Source: Callorhinchus milii
Lineage: Eukaryota
DNA length: 64,000 nucleotides
Direction of reading: 5' to 3'
Assembly (NCBI RefSeq): GCF_018977255.1
Contig: NW_024704786.1
Coordinates: forward strand, 248,001-312,000
The notes below the pieces were generated by a model. It had not been told where the DNA came from. It worked only from the letters and a program-made list of their open reading frames with translations, and ran no database searches. Of this stretch, positions 13,601-34,600 are shown one piece after another. A program made the position numbers and the translations under genes. The first letter of the stretch is position 1, and each line of letters opens with the position of its first letter.

Positions 13601-15108
13601 TGTGAAGTGCAGTGACTGTGCATTTTGTGTGAGCCACCTCAGCACCTGACGAAAATAGTCCTTGCGAGGCGCTTTCGTTGGGAACGATCCCCGCCCCTGG
13701 TCACAGCTAAATATTTCGAAGTCTTTAAGAGGAAAAACCTGTTCCACACCGGCGCTTCCAAGGTTGTTAGATATCAAAACAAGACAAACTCATTATAGAT
13801 CTCCTCCTCCACCCCCTCTCAGACACAGGCACACCCTTCCTTCCTCCCTCGCACGCACACACACACACTCCCTCCCTCCCTCGCACGCACACACACACCC
13901 TCCCTCCCGGGTAAAACGCAGTAACAGGAGGAGGCCACTCAGCCCCTCGAGCCTGTTCCACCATTCGATAAGATCACGGCTGATCTGGACCTCAACTCTA
14001 ATTACTAAAGTAACTCCCTAAAGTATTTTGTGGCCGAAACACAGCAGCCAATTGAGCCCAGCGACGTCTCGCAAACAGTCGTGGTTTGGGTGACCAATTA
14101 TCATTATTTTTTGGAGGGGTTATTACCCTCGGAAAAGCGATCCGCCAATCGACTAACAACCGGGTTCCAACTGACTGCTGGTAAACAGAGGCGTTTCTGT
14201 GTGTATGTGTCTGTGTGTGTGCGGAGTAAGGAAACTTGCCCAGTGTTTCGCAATGACCTGACCCGCCCGGGAACCGAACCCCCTCTCTCTGGCGAGGCGA
14301 TGGCTCGTCTCGTAAATCATTCCATAACAGTTTGAACGTCACGAAAGCGCTTTACTGGGAGTCGCCGTCGAGTGTGTATTCATAATGACTGAAATCAGCC
14401 AATTTCATAGAATTATACAGCACAGAAGGAGGCCATTCAGCCCATCGTGTCTGTGCCGGCTCTTTGAAAAGAGCTTCCAATTCAATCCCGCTCCCCCGCG
14501 CTCTCCCCGTAGCCCTGATCAACCCCACTCCCCCGCGCTCTCCCCATAGCCCTGCAAACTTGCCCTCGCAAACATACACACAGCAAAGTCCCACAAACAG
14601 TTCAGCGCAAGTCCCCCGTCTCTCTCCCCAAATCCCACATTTCCTACCCACCACCCTCCCACACCATCGGTTCATTTTATCCCGGGGCTTGCTTTCCGAA
14701 CGGAGAGAGAGGGAGGGAGGGAGGAAGTGGAGTCCTGAAGCTCAGTGGTTAGAGCACTCGCTTTGCAAGTGAGAGACCTGAGTTCAATTCCAGGCAGAGG
14801 GCGAAACCTTGGGCAAGTTTCCTTACTCCACACAGAGCCTAATAATAATTCCTCCAAAACCAAAAATAATAATAAATTGGTCATTTTCAATCTACAACTG
14901 TTTGTGGGACATTGCTGTGCGCAATTGGCTGCCGCGTTCGCCCACAAATATACAGTCAATTCACTTTACAGTGTGTTCTGTGAAGCGCTTTGGGACGTCC
15001 TCCCGACGTGAAAAGCGCTATATCAAATGCGAGGATTATTATTATTATTATAAGAGAGACGGGAGAGAGCGGGTCTTACCAGAAAACCACATGAATCTGG
15101 AGACCCAT
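10646..15108 (-). CDS. SELENOW: Selenoprotein W (86 aa, CxxU motif, Sec encoded by TGA at 13180-13178)
   Basis: Exons 15108-15080 (29), 13187-13163 (25), 12076-12023 (54), 11238-11161 (78), 10720-10646 (75), all GT-AG and phase-compatible. Protein [86 protein letters not shown], colinear with human SelW ([26 protein letters not shown]). Confidence 0.95.
14730..15050 (+). mobile_element. tRNA-derived SINE, short young subfamily (near-identical copies at 585-890, 50345-50670, 58140-58360, all minus)
   Basis: A-box-like AGCTCAGTGG, B-box GTTCAATTCC, L2-type tail AAGCGCTTTGGGACGTCC..GCGCTATATCAAATGC and a (TTA)n end. Confidence 0.85.
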
Positions 15109-16820
15109 GCTAACAGCTGGACAGTGCGGACAAGAGACCAGACGAGATGACCAGACAGACAGACAGGACACAATCTAACAAACTAGAGGCTGCCCCCCCC
15201 TCCACAACAAGTTATAAAACATCACAGCTGGGGGGTGGGCGGGGAAACATCGCGGAGGAACTCCCTAACCTTCTGGGTGTGTTGGTGCGTGGGGGGGGGG
15301 GGGTAGTGTAAACCCGCGTCTCAGGGGATAATGACTCCCCATTTCCCACCCGTGCACTCTCCCAAGACTCACATCCCACCCCCACAATCGGTTCATTTTC
15401 GTTCCAAAAAGTTGACTTTTGTGGTTATAAACGCTCACTGACTCGTTGATGTCCACCCTATTCTTTTTGCAGCGATGGTTCAGCCGGCAAATTGTTCCTT
15501 CCCCTTTGTTTCTGCCCCCACTTTACTCCCCTCCTCCCCTTAAGATGATTTACAGACACTCACAGCTTCTGTGAAATCACATACGGCGCTCAGAGAGACC
15601 GAAATATTTCAGGAATTTCCTGTCAAATAACTAACGCATAAATCACTCTGCACTCCGACTGACCCTCAGAGCTCAAAACCATCCCTCCACTTTTGACCCC
15701 CCTCCTTCCCCATTGCCCCTGAAGACTGCCCAGTCCTCTTCGACCGTGCCTACGGCGCCCCCCACACCCCCCAGCCCCTCACCCCCGCCTCAGCATCGTG
15801 CTCCGCCACTGTCCAGCGCTCTGGGGCGCTACCCCCAGCGTGAGGGGCAGTGCGAGTAGTCGAGTCAGTCGGAGGTTACAGTCCGAGATCCTGGTCTTCA
15901 CTTTCAAAGCCCTCCACGGCCTCACTCGCCCCCTGGCTCCGGGTCCCCCCCCAACTCCCTACCAGCCTGTCCGCTCCCTGCTTCGCGGACCCCCAGCCTG
16001 GCTCTTCCCACCATTGGCGGGGGGGCATTCCGCCTCTCTGACCCCCCTCCACCACTCCATCCCGCAGTTCCCTCCGCCTCGCCCCTCCCTCCCTCCCTCG
16101 CCCCCTCCCTCCCTCCCTCTCCCTCCCCCCCCCTCCCTCCCTCGCCCCCCCTCCCTCCCTCCCTCGCCCCCCCCCCCCCTCCCTCCCTCCCTCCCTCGCC
16201 TCCTTCAAGACCCATCTCGAGGCCAACACAACACACCACACACACACGCGCACACACACAGTCACTACAGTCCCGCCAAGCGCTTTGTGAGAGACGTCTC
16301 GAGGACCCGATGAGGCGTTGGGGGATTAACATTAACATTATTATCAGTAACTATTATGATGTCACCGACCCCGAGGGTCACCCGTCCCCATGACACGTGT
16401 GTACACGCGTGTGGGTTGACACGTGCGTCAGTGCCACGTGTAGGGGGGGCTCAGCCCCCACCTCTCTCTCTCTCTCTCCCCCTCTCCTCTTGCAAACAGC
16501 CATGGAGGTGTCCTATCCGCTCGTCATCCTCTTCATCCTCTTCCTCATCATCATCTTCCTGATCGGCCGCTTGGAAATCGCCGCCTCGCCCGTGTCCAGA
16601 GAGAACATCCAACTGTACGGCCCCAGGGGGGGGTAGGAACCTTCCTCCGCGGGTCGCGCGCTCCTCCGGGGCTGACGGACTGACGGACGGACGGCGTCCG
16701 TGGCGGCACCGGGCGGAGCGTTTTGAGCGACGGACCGAACCCGAACCCCCGCGCCAGGACGGAGGGGATTTTTTTTCCTTTTCCCCCCCACCCTCCCCCC
16801 CGGGCGCGAACCGCTCTCCA

Positions 16821-25049
<8,229 letters not shown>

Positions 25050-25703
25050 GGCCTTTGACACACACTCATGCACTCACGCACGGGGAGAGGGGAAATGACC
25101 AAAAACACAGTCAAAGAAGCAGATCTCGAGACGGACTTTGAATGGGGGGGGGGGGAGAGTGAGGGAATGAGGAAGAGGAGGGAGAGGGGGAGGGAGAGAA
25201 TGGGAGGGGGGGAGAGTGCCAGAGAGGGAGGGAGGGGGGGTCAGGATGGCTGAAAAATCATTAACCTTTCCGACTAGGCTTGTTTTTGTTGCTGTTGAGT
25301 TGAACACTAACTTGAAATATAATTAGCGGCTGTTCTGGTTGATTGCAGTTTATTTGATTCTGTTTAAGCCAACCTGCGAGGAGATTCCCCCTCTCCCCCA
25401 CCCCCCCTTTCCCACCCCCTCACCCCTCCGCGCCCCCCACCGAACCACCCCCTGATTTGATCCAATGAAGAACTTGAGAGCTGTGTGTGTGTGTCTGTGT
25501 GTAACCTCACATTGTATCTGCCTTCAGTCACCCTCCTACCCCCTATCCCCGCCCTCCACCCCTTCCTGATCCCAACCCCCAACTCGGGTCCAAACCCCTG
25601 ACTGTCCAGCACCTTGGGACGTCCTCCCGACGTGAAAGGCAACGTGTAAATGTCGCTTGTTGTCGTGTAATCGCTGGGAAGCTAACCTGTTATTAAGCTA
25701 TCG

Positions 25704-25709
25704 AATAAA
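25704..25709 (+). terminator. Polyadenylation signal of SIRT2
   Basis: AATAAA about 650 bp after the stop codon. Confidence 0.55.
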
Positions 25710-25748
25710 ACCACCAGTTAAACTGCACAGGATTCTGCATTTTTCCCC

Positions 25749-26358
25749 CCGGCCGGGTGTCTGACACCCACGGAAACCCGTCACCGTGACCGGCCGGGTG
25801 TCTGACACACACGGAAACCCGTCACCGTGACCGGTCGGGTGTCTGACACACACGGAAACCCGTCACCGTGACCGGCCGGGTGTCTGACACACGCGGAAAC
25901 CCGTCACCGTGACCGGTCGGGTGTCTGACACACACGGAAACCCGTCACCGTGACCGGCCGGGTGTCTGACACACGCGGAAACCCGTCACCGTGACCGGTC
26001 GGGTGTCTGACACACACGGAAACCCGTCACCGTGACCGGTCGGGTGTCTGACACACACGGAAACCCGTCACCGTGACCGGTCGGGTGTCTGACACACACG
26101 GAAACCCGTCACCGTGACCGGCCGGGTGTCTGGCACACGCGGAAACCCGTCACCGTGACCGGTCGGGTGTCTGACACACACGGAAACCCGTCACCGTGAC
26201 CGGTCGGGTGTCTGACACACACGGAAACCCGTCACCGTGACCGGTCGGGTGTCTGACACACACGGAAACCCGTCACCGTGACCGGTCGGGTGTCTGACAC
26301 CCACGGAAACCCGTCACCGTGACCGGTCGGGTGTCTGACACCCACGGAAACCCGTCAC
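25749..26358. repeat. 41-bp minisatellite, ~15 copies
   Basis: CCGGTCGGGTGTCTGACACACACGGAAACCCGTCACCGTGA head-to-tail with no spacers. Confidence 0.95.
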
Positions 26359-26445
26359 TGTGGCTTAAGAGTCTCCAAACCCGACTGAGAATTCCCCACA
26401 TCCCCTCCACACCCGGGAACCCCAGAGAGAGAGTGTCGGGATGGG

Positions 26446-26481
<36 letters not shown>

Positions 26482-27841
26482 CTGGGTAACTGCTGGAGTC
26501 TAACCGGCTAAACCCACACACAGCTCGGCCATCGAGAGAGGTATTATTGTTATACCGACTCACACTCACTCACCCACTCACACATTCATTCACATTGATT
26601 CACACCCTCACTCACTCACACACACTCACACACACTCACACTCATTCACTCACACACTTGCTATTATTATTAGCTGATTCAGGTCTGGGGATTAGATGAT
26701 TCAGGGCTTTAGATTGATTACCCCTCTATACAGCCCCCCACCCACCCCCCCCCCACCCCCACCCCTCACTCAAGGTAGTGTTTCCCCTTTATATACAGTG
26801 AATAGTGACCCAGATACAGAGATTTAGGCTTCGGGCTGGTGTTATCTCAGCCCGGGGTCAATCCACGAGGGTTTAACCACATTCACAATGTGTCAGGACG
26901 ACTGGTCCTGATTTGTTCCTCGCCCTCTGGCTCCCGGAGCTTCTCTGCGGCTTGTGTTCAGTTTAATTAACGTTCGCTAATTTAAACACGAGATGTTCCC
27001 CGAACGCTCTGTACGTTACCAAGTTCCAACCGGGAGACCGGCAGAATAACATGCCGAGTGCGATTCCCTGGCCGGTCGCATTTATTCTAATAGTAATAAT
27101 AATTATAATAATACAATAATTATAATATATAAGTTTCCTTACTCTGGCGTGTGGGACACTCAAATTTGCTGTCGAGTTCTGTCCACAGATCACACAGTAA
27201 ATTCTGTGAAGCGCTTTGCGATGTCTCGACGACGTGATAAGGTGTCGCGTCGTACACCAGCAATATTCTTATGTTAATTAACTTTTATTTCTTAACTTGT
27301 TTTCCAAAAATACATTACATTGAAAATAGAGTACAAAGTTCTCCCTGTTTCCCCCCCTCTCCCCCCCCCCTTCCCCCAGGGCACAGGTTAGTGGTGGGGT
27401 GTGGGAAGAGTGAGAGAGAGAGCATTACACAGACACAAGCTCATACAGTGCAAAAAAAACTACAGACTCGGAGATACTGATCTTAATTTCAAAGCCCTGT
27501 ACAGTGTAGTGACTGTGTGTTTTGTGGGACAAACGCGGCAGCCGATCGCGCCCGGCGACGTCCCCACAAACAGCCGTGGGGTTGAAGTGACCGAATTATT
27601 ATTGTTTTGAGGGGATTATTACCCCCGGAAGGTGATCCCCCAATCGCCTGACAAGCGACTGACTGCCGGGGACACAGGCGCGTGTGGGGGTGGGGGTGGG
27701 GGGGGGGTAAGGAAACTTGCCTAAGGTTTCGCCCTGTCCTGACCCGCCCGGGAATCGAACCCGGGTCCTCTGGCTCGCGAGGCGAGGGGTCTAACCCCTC
27801 AGCTACATTCCTCCTGTACTGAGGCGGAGGGCAGCCCCAGT

Positions 27842-28579
27842 TCAATGCCCCCCTGTATCAGGCTGGTGGGGACGAGGGGGTTGATAATAGGGGCCGGGGG
27901 TGGGGTGGGGTGTGGGGGGCAACAGGCAAAGCCTGTGCGTGGTTGGCACGGGGGGAAAGGAGAACCAAAAGCTCGTCAGTGGGGCAGAGCAACTGGGGTT
28001 GAACCGTGCCCCCGCCCCGTGCGTTAGGAGGGCTCCAGCCACTAGAGGGTCCCGAAGGGAGGTGGGCTGCCGCCCCCCAGCCACGAGCCCCCCGAGACCC
28101 CTCTTTGCCCCCCCGGGCAGGGAGCCTGGCTTGTGCCAGCGACGGTGTGAAGCCAGGTTTGCTGGGCGCGCAAAGATCTTGGGGCAATCGGGGCAGCAGT
28201 ATTCCGGGGGGATTATCCGGGAACAGTTGTGTTGAGCGAGAGCGAGGGAACCCGGGTATTCCTCCTTGCACAGCTGGCAAATAAATGCCCCCAACAGCCC
28301 CTCGAACGCTCCCCGTCTGCGCCCCGGACCGTTCCGGCTTAGGGTGGTCCCAGGTTCACGTCCGTGCCAAGGGGAGAGAGTCGCTGGGGGCCGGGGGCTA
28401 TCCTGAGGTTGGTTGGGCTGTGAGCGTAGGCTCGAGGTTCCCCTGCCTCCTGTCGCGATTGGCTCAAGGTCACTCCCTCTCGGACCGTCCCCCAGCGTCT
28501 CCTCCCCAAGAGATCTCCTCGATCTCGGATGTCCGTCCGACCACCGATGTGACCTCTTGACCAAGAAGCCCTTCGGCAT
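27842..28579 (-). CDS. INSM-family (insulinoma-associated) SNAG zinc-finger protein, intronless, 245 aa, only the first two fingers
   Basis: N-terminal SNAG motif MPKGFLVKR; [21 protein letters not shown] and [26 protein letters not shown] match INSM1/2 fingers 1-2; AATAAA at 27289-27284 (-). Confidence 0.85.
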   Translation of the reverse strand: MPKGFLVKRSHRWSDGHPRSRRSLGEETLGDGPRGSDLEPIATGGRGTSSLRSQPNQPQDSPRPPATLSPWHGREPGTTLSRNGPGRRRGAFEGLLGAFICQLCKEEYPGSLALAQHNCSRIIPPEYCCPDCPKIFARPANLASHRRWHKPGSLPGGAKRGLGGLVAGGRQPTSLRDPLVAGALLTHGAGARFNPSCSAPLTSFWFSFPPVPTTHRLCLLPPTPHPTPGPYYQPPRPHQPDTGGH

Positions 28580-28906
28580 CTTCTCTCCAACCTCTCGGGC
28601 AACAATAACAGCAGCAACGACAACAATAACAACAGCAGCAACACATTACATTTACACGGCGTCTTTCACTGGACGGTCGGGGGTCTGGACACGAGCTGGT
28701 GGTTGGGGGGGGTGGAGGGGTAGGGGTAAGGGGTGGGGGGGGGTGCCAGAAGGTGCGGCTGAAGAGGGGCAAGCGAGGGAGATGGAGAGAGATGTCGGGG
28801 TGAACGCAATACCTGGTGTCTTGTCTCTCCAAACAGCTTCTGTTTGCCAGGAGGTCCCAGAATTTATTCATCGCCCTCCCAGCCACTGCCGCGCGCGCGT
28901 GTGTGC

Positions 28907-28939
<33 letters not shown>

Positions 28940-29869
28940 GTGATGGCTTTAACACGTACTCCATTAGCACATGCGAGCTGTTAGGAATAGGAAGTCTCGC
29001 TTCGAGCTGAACGAAGCCCATTAACACCACAGCAACACAGCCTCGCAAACCAGAGGACCCGGGTGGGACAAGTCAGGGCGAGACCTCAGGCAAGTTTCCT
29101 CACTACAGATACACACACATACACGGACACGCACACGCACAGACACACGCGCACACACACGCGCGCCTGTGTCCCCGGCAGTCAGTCGCTTGTCAGGCGA
29201 TCGGGGGATCACTTTCCGGGGGTAATAATCCCTTCAAAACAAAAATAATTTTGTCGCTTCAACCCGACGGCTGTTTGCGGGGACGTCGCCGGGCGCCATC
29301 GGCAAAACACACACACACACACACACAGTCACTACACTGTACAGTGCATCCTGTGAAACGCTTTGAGACGTCTCGAGGACGGGATCGGGCGTCGGGTCAA
29401 ACTCCAGGATTATTATTATTATTATTATTGCTATTATTATGGAAGCCTTTCGGGCTGTGGGTTCCAGACCCTCACAGCTCTCTGGGGAAAAAAAAACCTG
29501 TCCTCCCCTCTGGTTCTTGTGCAGATCATCTTAAATCTGTGTCCTTTGGACCCCGCCCCACCCGCCCGCCAGAGGAAGCAGATCCCCCACTCCCCACCAC
29601 CTACTGTGTCAAAACCCCCTCACGACTGTGAACCCCTCGATTAAATCTCCCCTCAACCTTCTCCGCTCCACGGAGAGCAATCACAGCCTCTCTGGTGTCT
29701 CAGTAGCTGATGTGGTTGTTAGTGACAGTCAGGAAATGAGCAAAACAACTTCACATCTCTCGCTCAGCTCAGCCGTTAATACATCAATCGCTCGCGCTCT
29801 CGCCTCCGAGTCTGGCTGTGGGTGTCAGCCCCGGCCCCCCTCCCCCCTCCCCCCCCCCTGGCCCCCCAG

Positions 29870-30300
29870 ACACGATGGGAAGAGTGAGTGTGTGAAAGAG
29901 AGAGAAAGAATGGGGGGGGTTCAAGGAAAGAGAGCTCCAGTGTGGGGGAGCGAGCCCCAGCGCGGATACGATGGGGAGCGAGAGAGAGAGAGAGAGAGAG
30001 CAGGGGTTAGAGGAGAGAGCTCCAGTGTGGGGGAGCGAACCCCAGCGCGGACACGATGGGGAGCGAGAGAGAGAGAGAGAGAGAGCAGGGGTTAGAGGAG
30101 AGAGCTCCAGTGTGGGGGAGCGAACCCCAGCGCGGACACGATGGGGAGCGAGAGAGAGAGAGAGAGAGCAGGGAATGGGGTTAGAGGAGAGAGCTCCAGT
30201 GTGGGGGAGCGAGCCCCAGCGCGGACACGATGGGGAGCGAGAGAGAGAGAGAGAGAGAGCAGGGGTTAGAGGAGAGAGCTCCAGCGCGGACACGATAGGG
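29870..30300. repeat. Tandem repeat with (GA)n core, ~85-90 bp unit
   Basis: About 4-5 copies of GAGAGCTCCAGTGTGGGGGAGCGARCCCCAGCGCGGACACGATGGGGAGC(GA)n. Confidence 0.85.
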
Positions 30301-31669
30301 CAAATGCGACTTCCTTTGAGCACATTTTAAGTGGGTCACACCTTTCAGACAGAGAAAAAAATGGGGGGGGTTTGAGAGACACGGAGATCGGTAACCGCAC
30401 ACACAGGTTTGCTGACTTTGCCGTATGTCCGTGCGCGTCTCTCTCTCTCTCTCTCTCTCTCAAGGGAAGGCTTGGACTCATAATTCGACCCGGCGCCTGA
30501 TCCCGTCCTCGGGACGTCTCAGAGCTCCTCACGGGATACGCTGCGAAGTGTCGTGACTGTGCGTTTCGCGGGCGAAGCACGGCAGCCAACTGCGCCCGGA
30601 GACGTCCCCACAAACAGTCTGTGCGCGTCTGAGTGGGCGCGGGGGGGCTGAGGCGGGGGGGGGGGGGGGGGGAAGGTGGGGGAGTGAGGAAACTTGCCTA
30701 AGGTTTCGCCCTGACCTGACCCGCCCGGGAATCGAACCCGGGTCCACTGGCTGTGCGAGGCGAGGGGTCTAACCCCTGAGCTACAGGGGCTGTGGGGTGG
30801 GGGCGAGGGGTCTAACCCCTGAGCTACAGGGGCTGTGGGGTGGGGGGCGAGGAGTCTAACCCCTGAGCTACAGGGGCTGTGGGGTGGGGGGCGAGGAGTC
30901 TAACCCCTGAGCTATAGGGGCTGTGGGGTGGGGGCGAGGGGTCTAACCCCTGAGCTATAGGGGCTGTGGGGTGGGGGGCGAGGAGTCTAACCCCTGAGCT
31001 ATAGGGGCTGTGGGGTGGGGGGCGAGGGGTCTAACCCCTGGAGCTACAGGGAAGCTCCACTTGAATCTTGAATGCAAAACCCCCGCCCTGCGCAAGCCCC
31101 CCCCCAAAAAACCCCCACCACCACCACACACTCACACACACACACAAACATGAAAGAGCAGTCACCAACGCCCGACCGGATATAATCGAATGCGATCAGA
31201 CGCCGCTCTCGATGCTTGAAGTGTTGGGAGAGTTTTAATTACGGTGTCGTACTGTTTCCGACTGTTTTTCTGTGCGTGTGCGAGTGTGTGTTCACGTGTT
31301 CACGCGTTCGCCTGTACAAGTTCTTCGATAGGGTCTCTGCCAGTTCTGGAGGATAGCGTGTGAGATACAGTGGTTTTTTTTCCCCTCTCTCTCTCTCTCT
31401 CTATCTCTCTCTCTGACTTTCTTTGTCTCACTCTCCGTCTCTCTCCATCTCTGTCTGTCTCTCTCTCTCTCTCTCTCCGTCGACCGCAAACTGTTCGATG
31501 TGCCAAAGGGGGAACCTTAGCGCAGTCCTGACGGAGACTGAGTGGTGCTGATCGATGCCATGGAGGGGCCGGGTTGGCATCGAGAGTGACGCAGACGCTC
31601 TGCCCGCCATCACCCAACCCTTCATGAATACCGAGAGGACATCCTGTCGCCAAGACCCGCTGCCAAGCC

Positions 31670-34600
31670 ATGACGTGCGGCTTTCGAAACCTTTTCCTTT
31701 CCCCCTTTGGACCTCTGTGACCTCCTGACCACCTCCCCACCACCCCTCCCAGCGCCCCCCCCACCCCTCCCAGCCATGGCCAGGTCAGGCCTTCATCCTC
31801 TCTGCCCCCTCCACCCTCTGGAACTCCATCCCCGCAGTCCCTCCGCCCTCCTCGCCCCGTCCCTCTCTCCCTCTCTCTCCATTCCTTCCTTTAAGACCCC
31901 CTTCTTCGACTGACTGCGCCTTCAGTCACCCTCCTACCCCCCCCCCCCCCACCCTCCACCCCTCCTGATCCCAACCCCCAGCTCGGGGCCAAACCCCTGA
32001 TCGTCCAGCAAATGTGGGGACGTCCTCCCGACGTGAAAGTCTCCGTGTAAATGGGAGTTGTGGTTGTTGTGGTTGTTGTAGTGGTGGTGATGGTTGTTGT
32101 TGTTGTGGTGGGGGGTGATGGTTGTTGTTGTTGTGGTGGGGGGTGATGGTTGTTGTTGTTGTTGTCTGGCTCTGTCTGTGTTATTAATATCACTCATTAT
32201 TACTAATTATTATTGTTGTTGTTACTGTTTGTGTTCAGCCTCCCGCCCCTGTGCAATGGCCGTCCGTCAGCCTGGCTCCGCGACCCCTCCCCTCAAGCCG
32301 TGACCTGCGACCTCTTGCCTAAAGCCATGACCTGCGAACTCTCACCTCAAGCCGCGCCCTGCAACCTCTTACCTCAGGCCAGCCTCAGTGACCTCTCACC
32401 TCAGGCCAAACGGAGTGACCTCTCATCTCAGGCCGCGACCCGCGATCTCTTACCTCAGGCCAACCTCAGTGACCTCTCACCTCCGGCCAGGCTCAGTGAC
32501 CTCTCACCTCCGGCCAGGCTCAGTGACCTCTCACCTCCGGCCAGGCTCAGTGACCTCTCACCTCCGGCCAGGCTCAGTGACCTCTCACCTCAGGTCAGAC
32601 TCAGTCTGTTTGAGAAGCTCAGGATGTCTCAGGGCATTTGGCTTCAGAGCGACATCGAACAATCAGATGTTCACAACGTCTTAGTGCGTCAGCCATTGGG
32701 GGTGAGTACCTCTCCAACAACTCATTCACCCAAGTGTAGCCCCTCCCAGAGTCTTGTCAGTGGCGGAGAACGAGACTGAGTCTCGGGGATTGGGGTGGGG
32801 GGGGGTTGTGGGTGGGGGCCGTGGAGGTGACTGTAGACACTGGTCGAAGAGTAAGGTCTTCAGGTACGATCTGAAGTTGGGGAAGGAAGGAACGGGGCGA
32901 GGCGGAGGGATTGGGGGAGAGTGGGACAGGATTTCGGAGCGCAGTGGGAGGAGCCGGGGGGTGAGTGGGACCATCAGGAGGCCAGAGCCGGTCGAGCGGA
33001 GGCAGCGGGTAGTGGGGTTGGGGTTTGGTGGGGGGGTGTTGTGTTGTTGGAGGGAGAGAAAGAGAGAGGGAGAGAGGTGGAGAGAGAGAGAGAGAGAGGG
33101 GGCGGGGGGGAAGGGAGCGACATTTCTGTGATGTTTTTCTCTTTGTAATTCCAGACGTTCCTGGTGTGGACGGACAAATGTGGGAAAAGGAAACTCGCGA
33201 TGAGACAGAGCGACGGGAATAACCCAATCGTGACAGATTACATCATTCGGGAAGAAGCCGAAGGTGAATGAATTCTCCCCAGATCCCCAACCTGATCCCC
33301 TCCTGATCCCAAGCCCCGGCTCGGGTCCAAACCCCTGATGTCCTCCCGACGTGAAAGGCGCTGTGTAAGATGTTGGCCATTGCTGTTGTGGTCTAACCAC
33401 TGGTTTGTCCTCTTTATTTGCAGTTTATTTCCTTGAAAATTCCCTCCTTGGATTCGGGGATTTGTTCCAGTTGATCGGATATTACTGTGTAAGCAGGTGA
33501 GCTCAGCCTCGCTCTCCACACCCTCCCCGACACTGCAAACCTTGCTATCTGGGTCTCTCAGCCTTGGCTCAGTCGCTCAGTCTCTCGCTCTCTCACCTTT
33601 GGGTCAGGAGCTTTGTGGGTTTGACCTCCAAACCACCACCCCCCCAGGGGAGTGGGGGACTAGTTGGGGTAAGAGCGCGGGGGAGTGGGGTTGAATTGGA
33701 AGCTCTTTCCAAACAGCCGGCACAGACACGATGGGCAGAATGGGGCTCCTTCTGCGCCCTAAGATTTCATAAGGTTGGAGAGAGTGACAGAGAGCGAAAG
33801 AGCGAGAGAGAGAAGGTGAGAGTGACAGAGAGAGAGAAGGTGACAGACAGAGAGAGAGAGAGAGAGAGATTGATGTTGTGAGCAAATGGACTTGCAAAAA
33901 CAGGAAGCCACATAGTATAACTAGGAAGCTTTGCGGGCGGAGTGCGTGCGTGTGCGTGTGCGCGCGTGTGCGTGTGCCTAAAGTCAGTGTCTCTGCGGCT
34001 CTCTCACCCACAGGGATGTGCTGCCACACAGACTGTGCGTCCCCCCGGCTCTGCTCGAGCCCTCCCACTGCCAACCCGCCCTGGAGACGCTCTCCAGCCT
34101 CGGAATGAGTGAGTGTTTCGTTTCATCAGCAGTTACCGTCTCCGTCAGGTTATACACTTGTTGGTGGCTCCACTTCCTGCTTCTGCCGAGTCTCTCCCCT
34201 GTACCTCAGGGGTTAGACCCCTCGCCCCCCACCCCACAGCCCCTGTACCACAGGGGTTAGACCCCTCGCCCCCCACCCCACAGCCCCTGTACCACAGGGG
34301 TTAGACCCCTCGCCCCCCACCCCACAGCCCCTGTACCTCAGGGGTTAGACCCCTCGCCCTCCACCCCACAGCCCTGTAGCTCAGGGTTAGACCCCTCGCC
34401 TCGCACCCCACAGCCCCTGTAGCTCAGGGTTAGACCCCTCCCCTCGCACCCCACAGCCCCTGTAGCTCAGGGGTTAGACCGCTCGCCCCCCACCCCACAG
34501 TCCCTGTAGCTCAGGGTTAGACCCCTCCCCTCGCACCCCACAGCCCCTGTAGCTCAGGGGTTAGACCCCTCGCCCTCCACCCCACAGCCCCTGTAGCTCA

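Noticed and set aside
13646-13722. Extra exon in SELENOW intron 1
   Set aside because: The acceptor is plausible but the donor (GTGCTG) is weak, inclusion destroys the CxxU frame, and the SelW alignment is complete without it.
9000-15100. snoRNA host gene (many tiny exons)
   Set aside because: The exons are explained by SelW coding sequence; no convincing C/D or H/ACA boxes found by eye.
25749-26358. CRISPR-like array
   Set aside because: Head-to-tail 41-bp units with no unique spacers, no cas genes, eukaryotic context.
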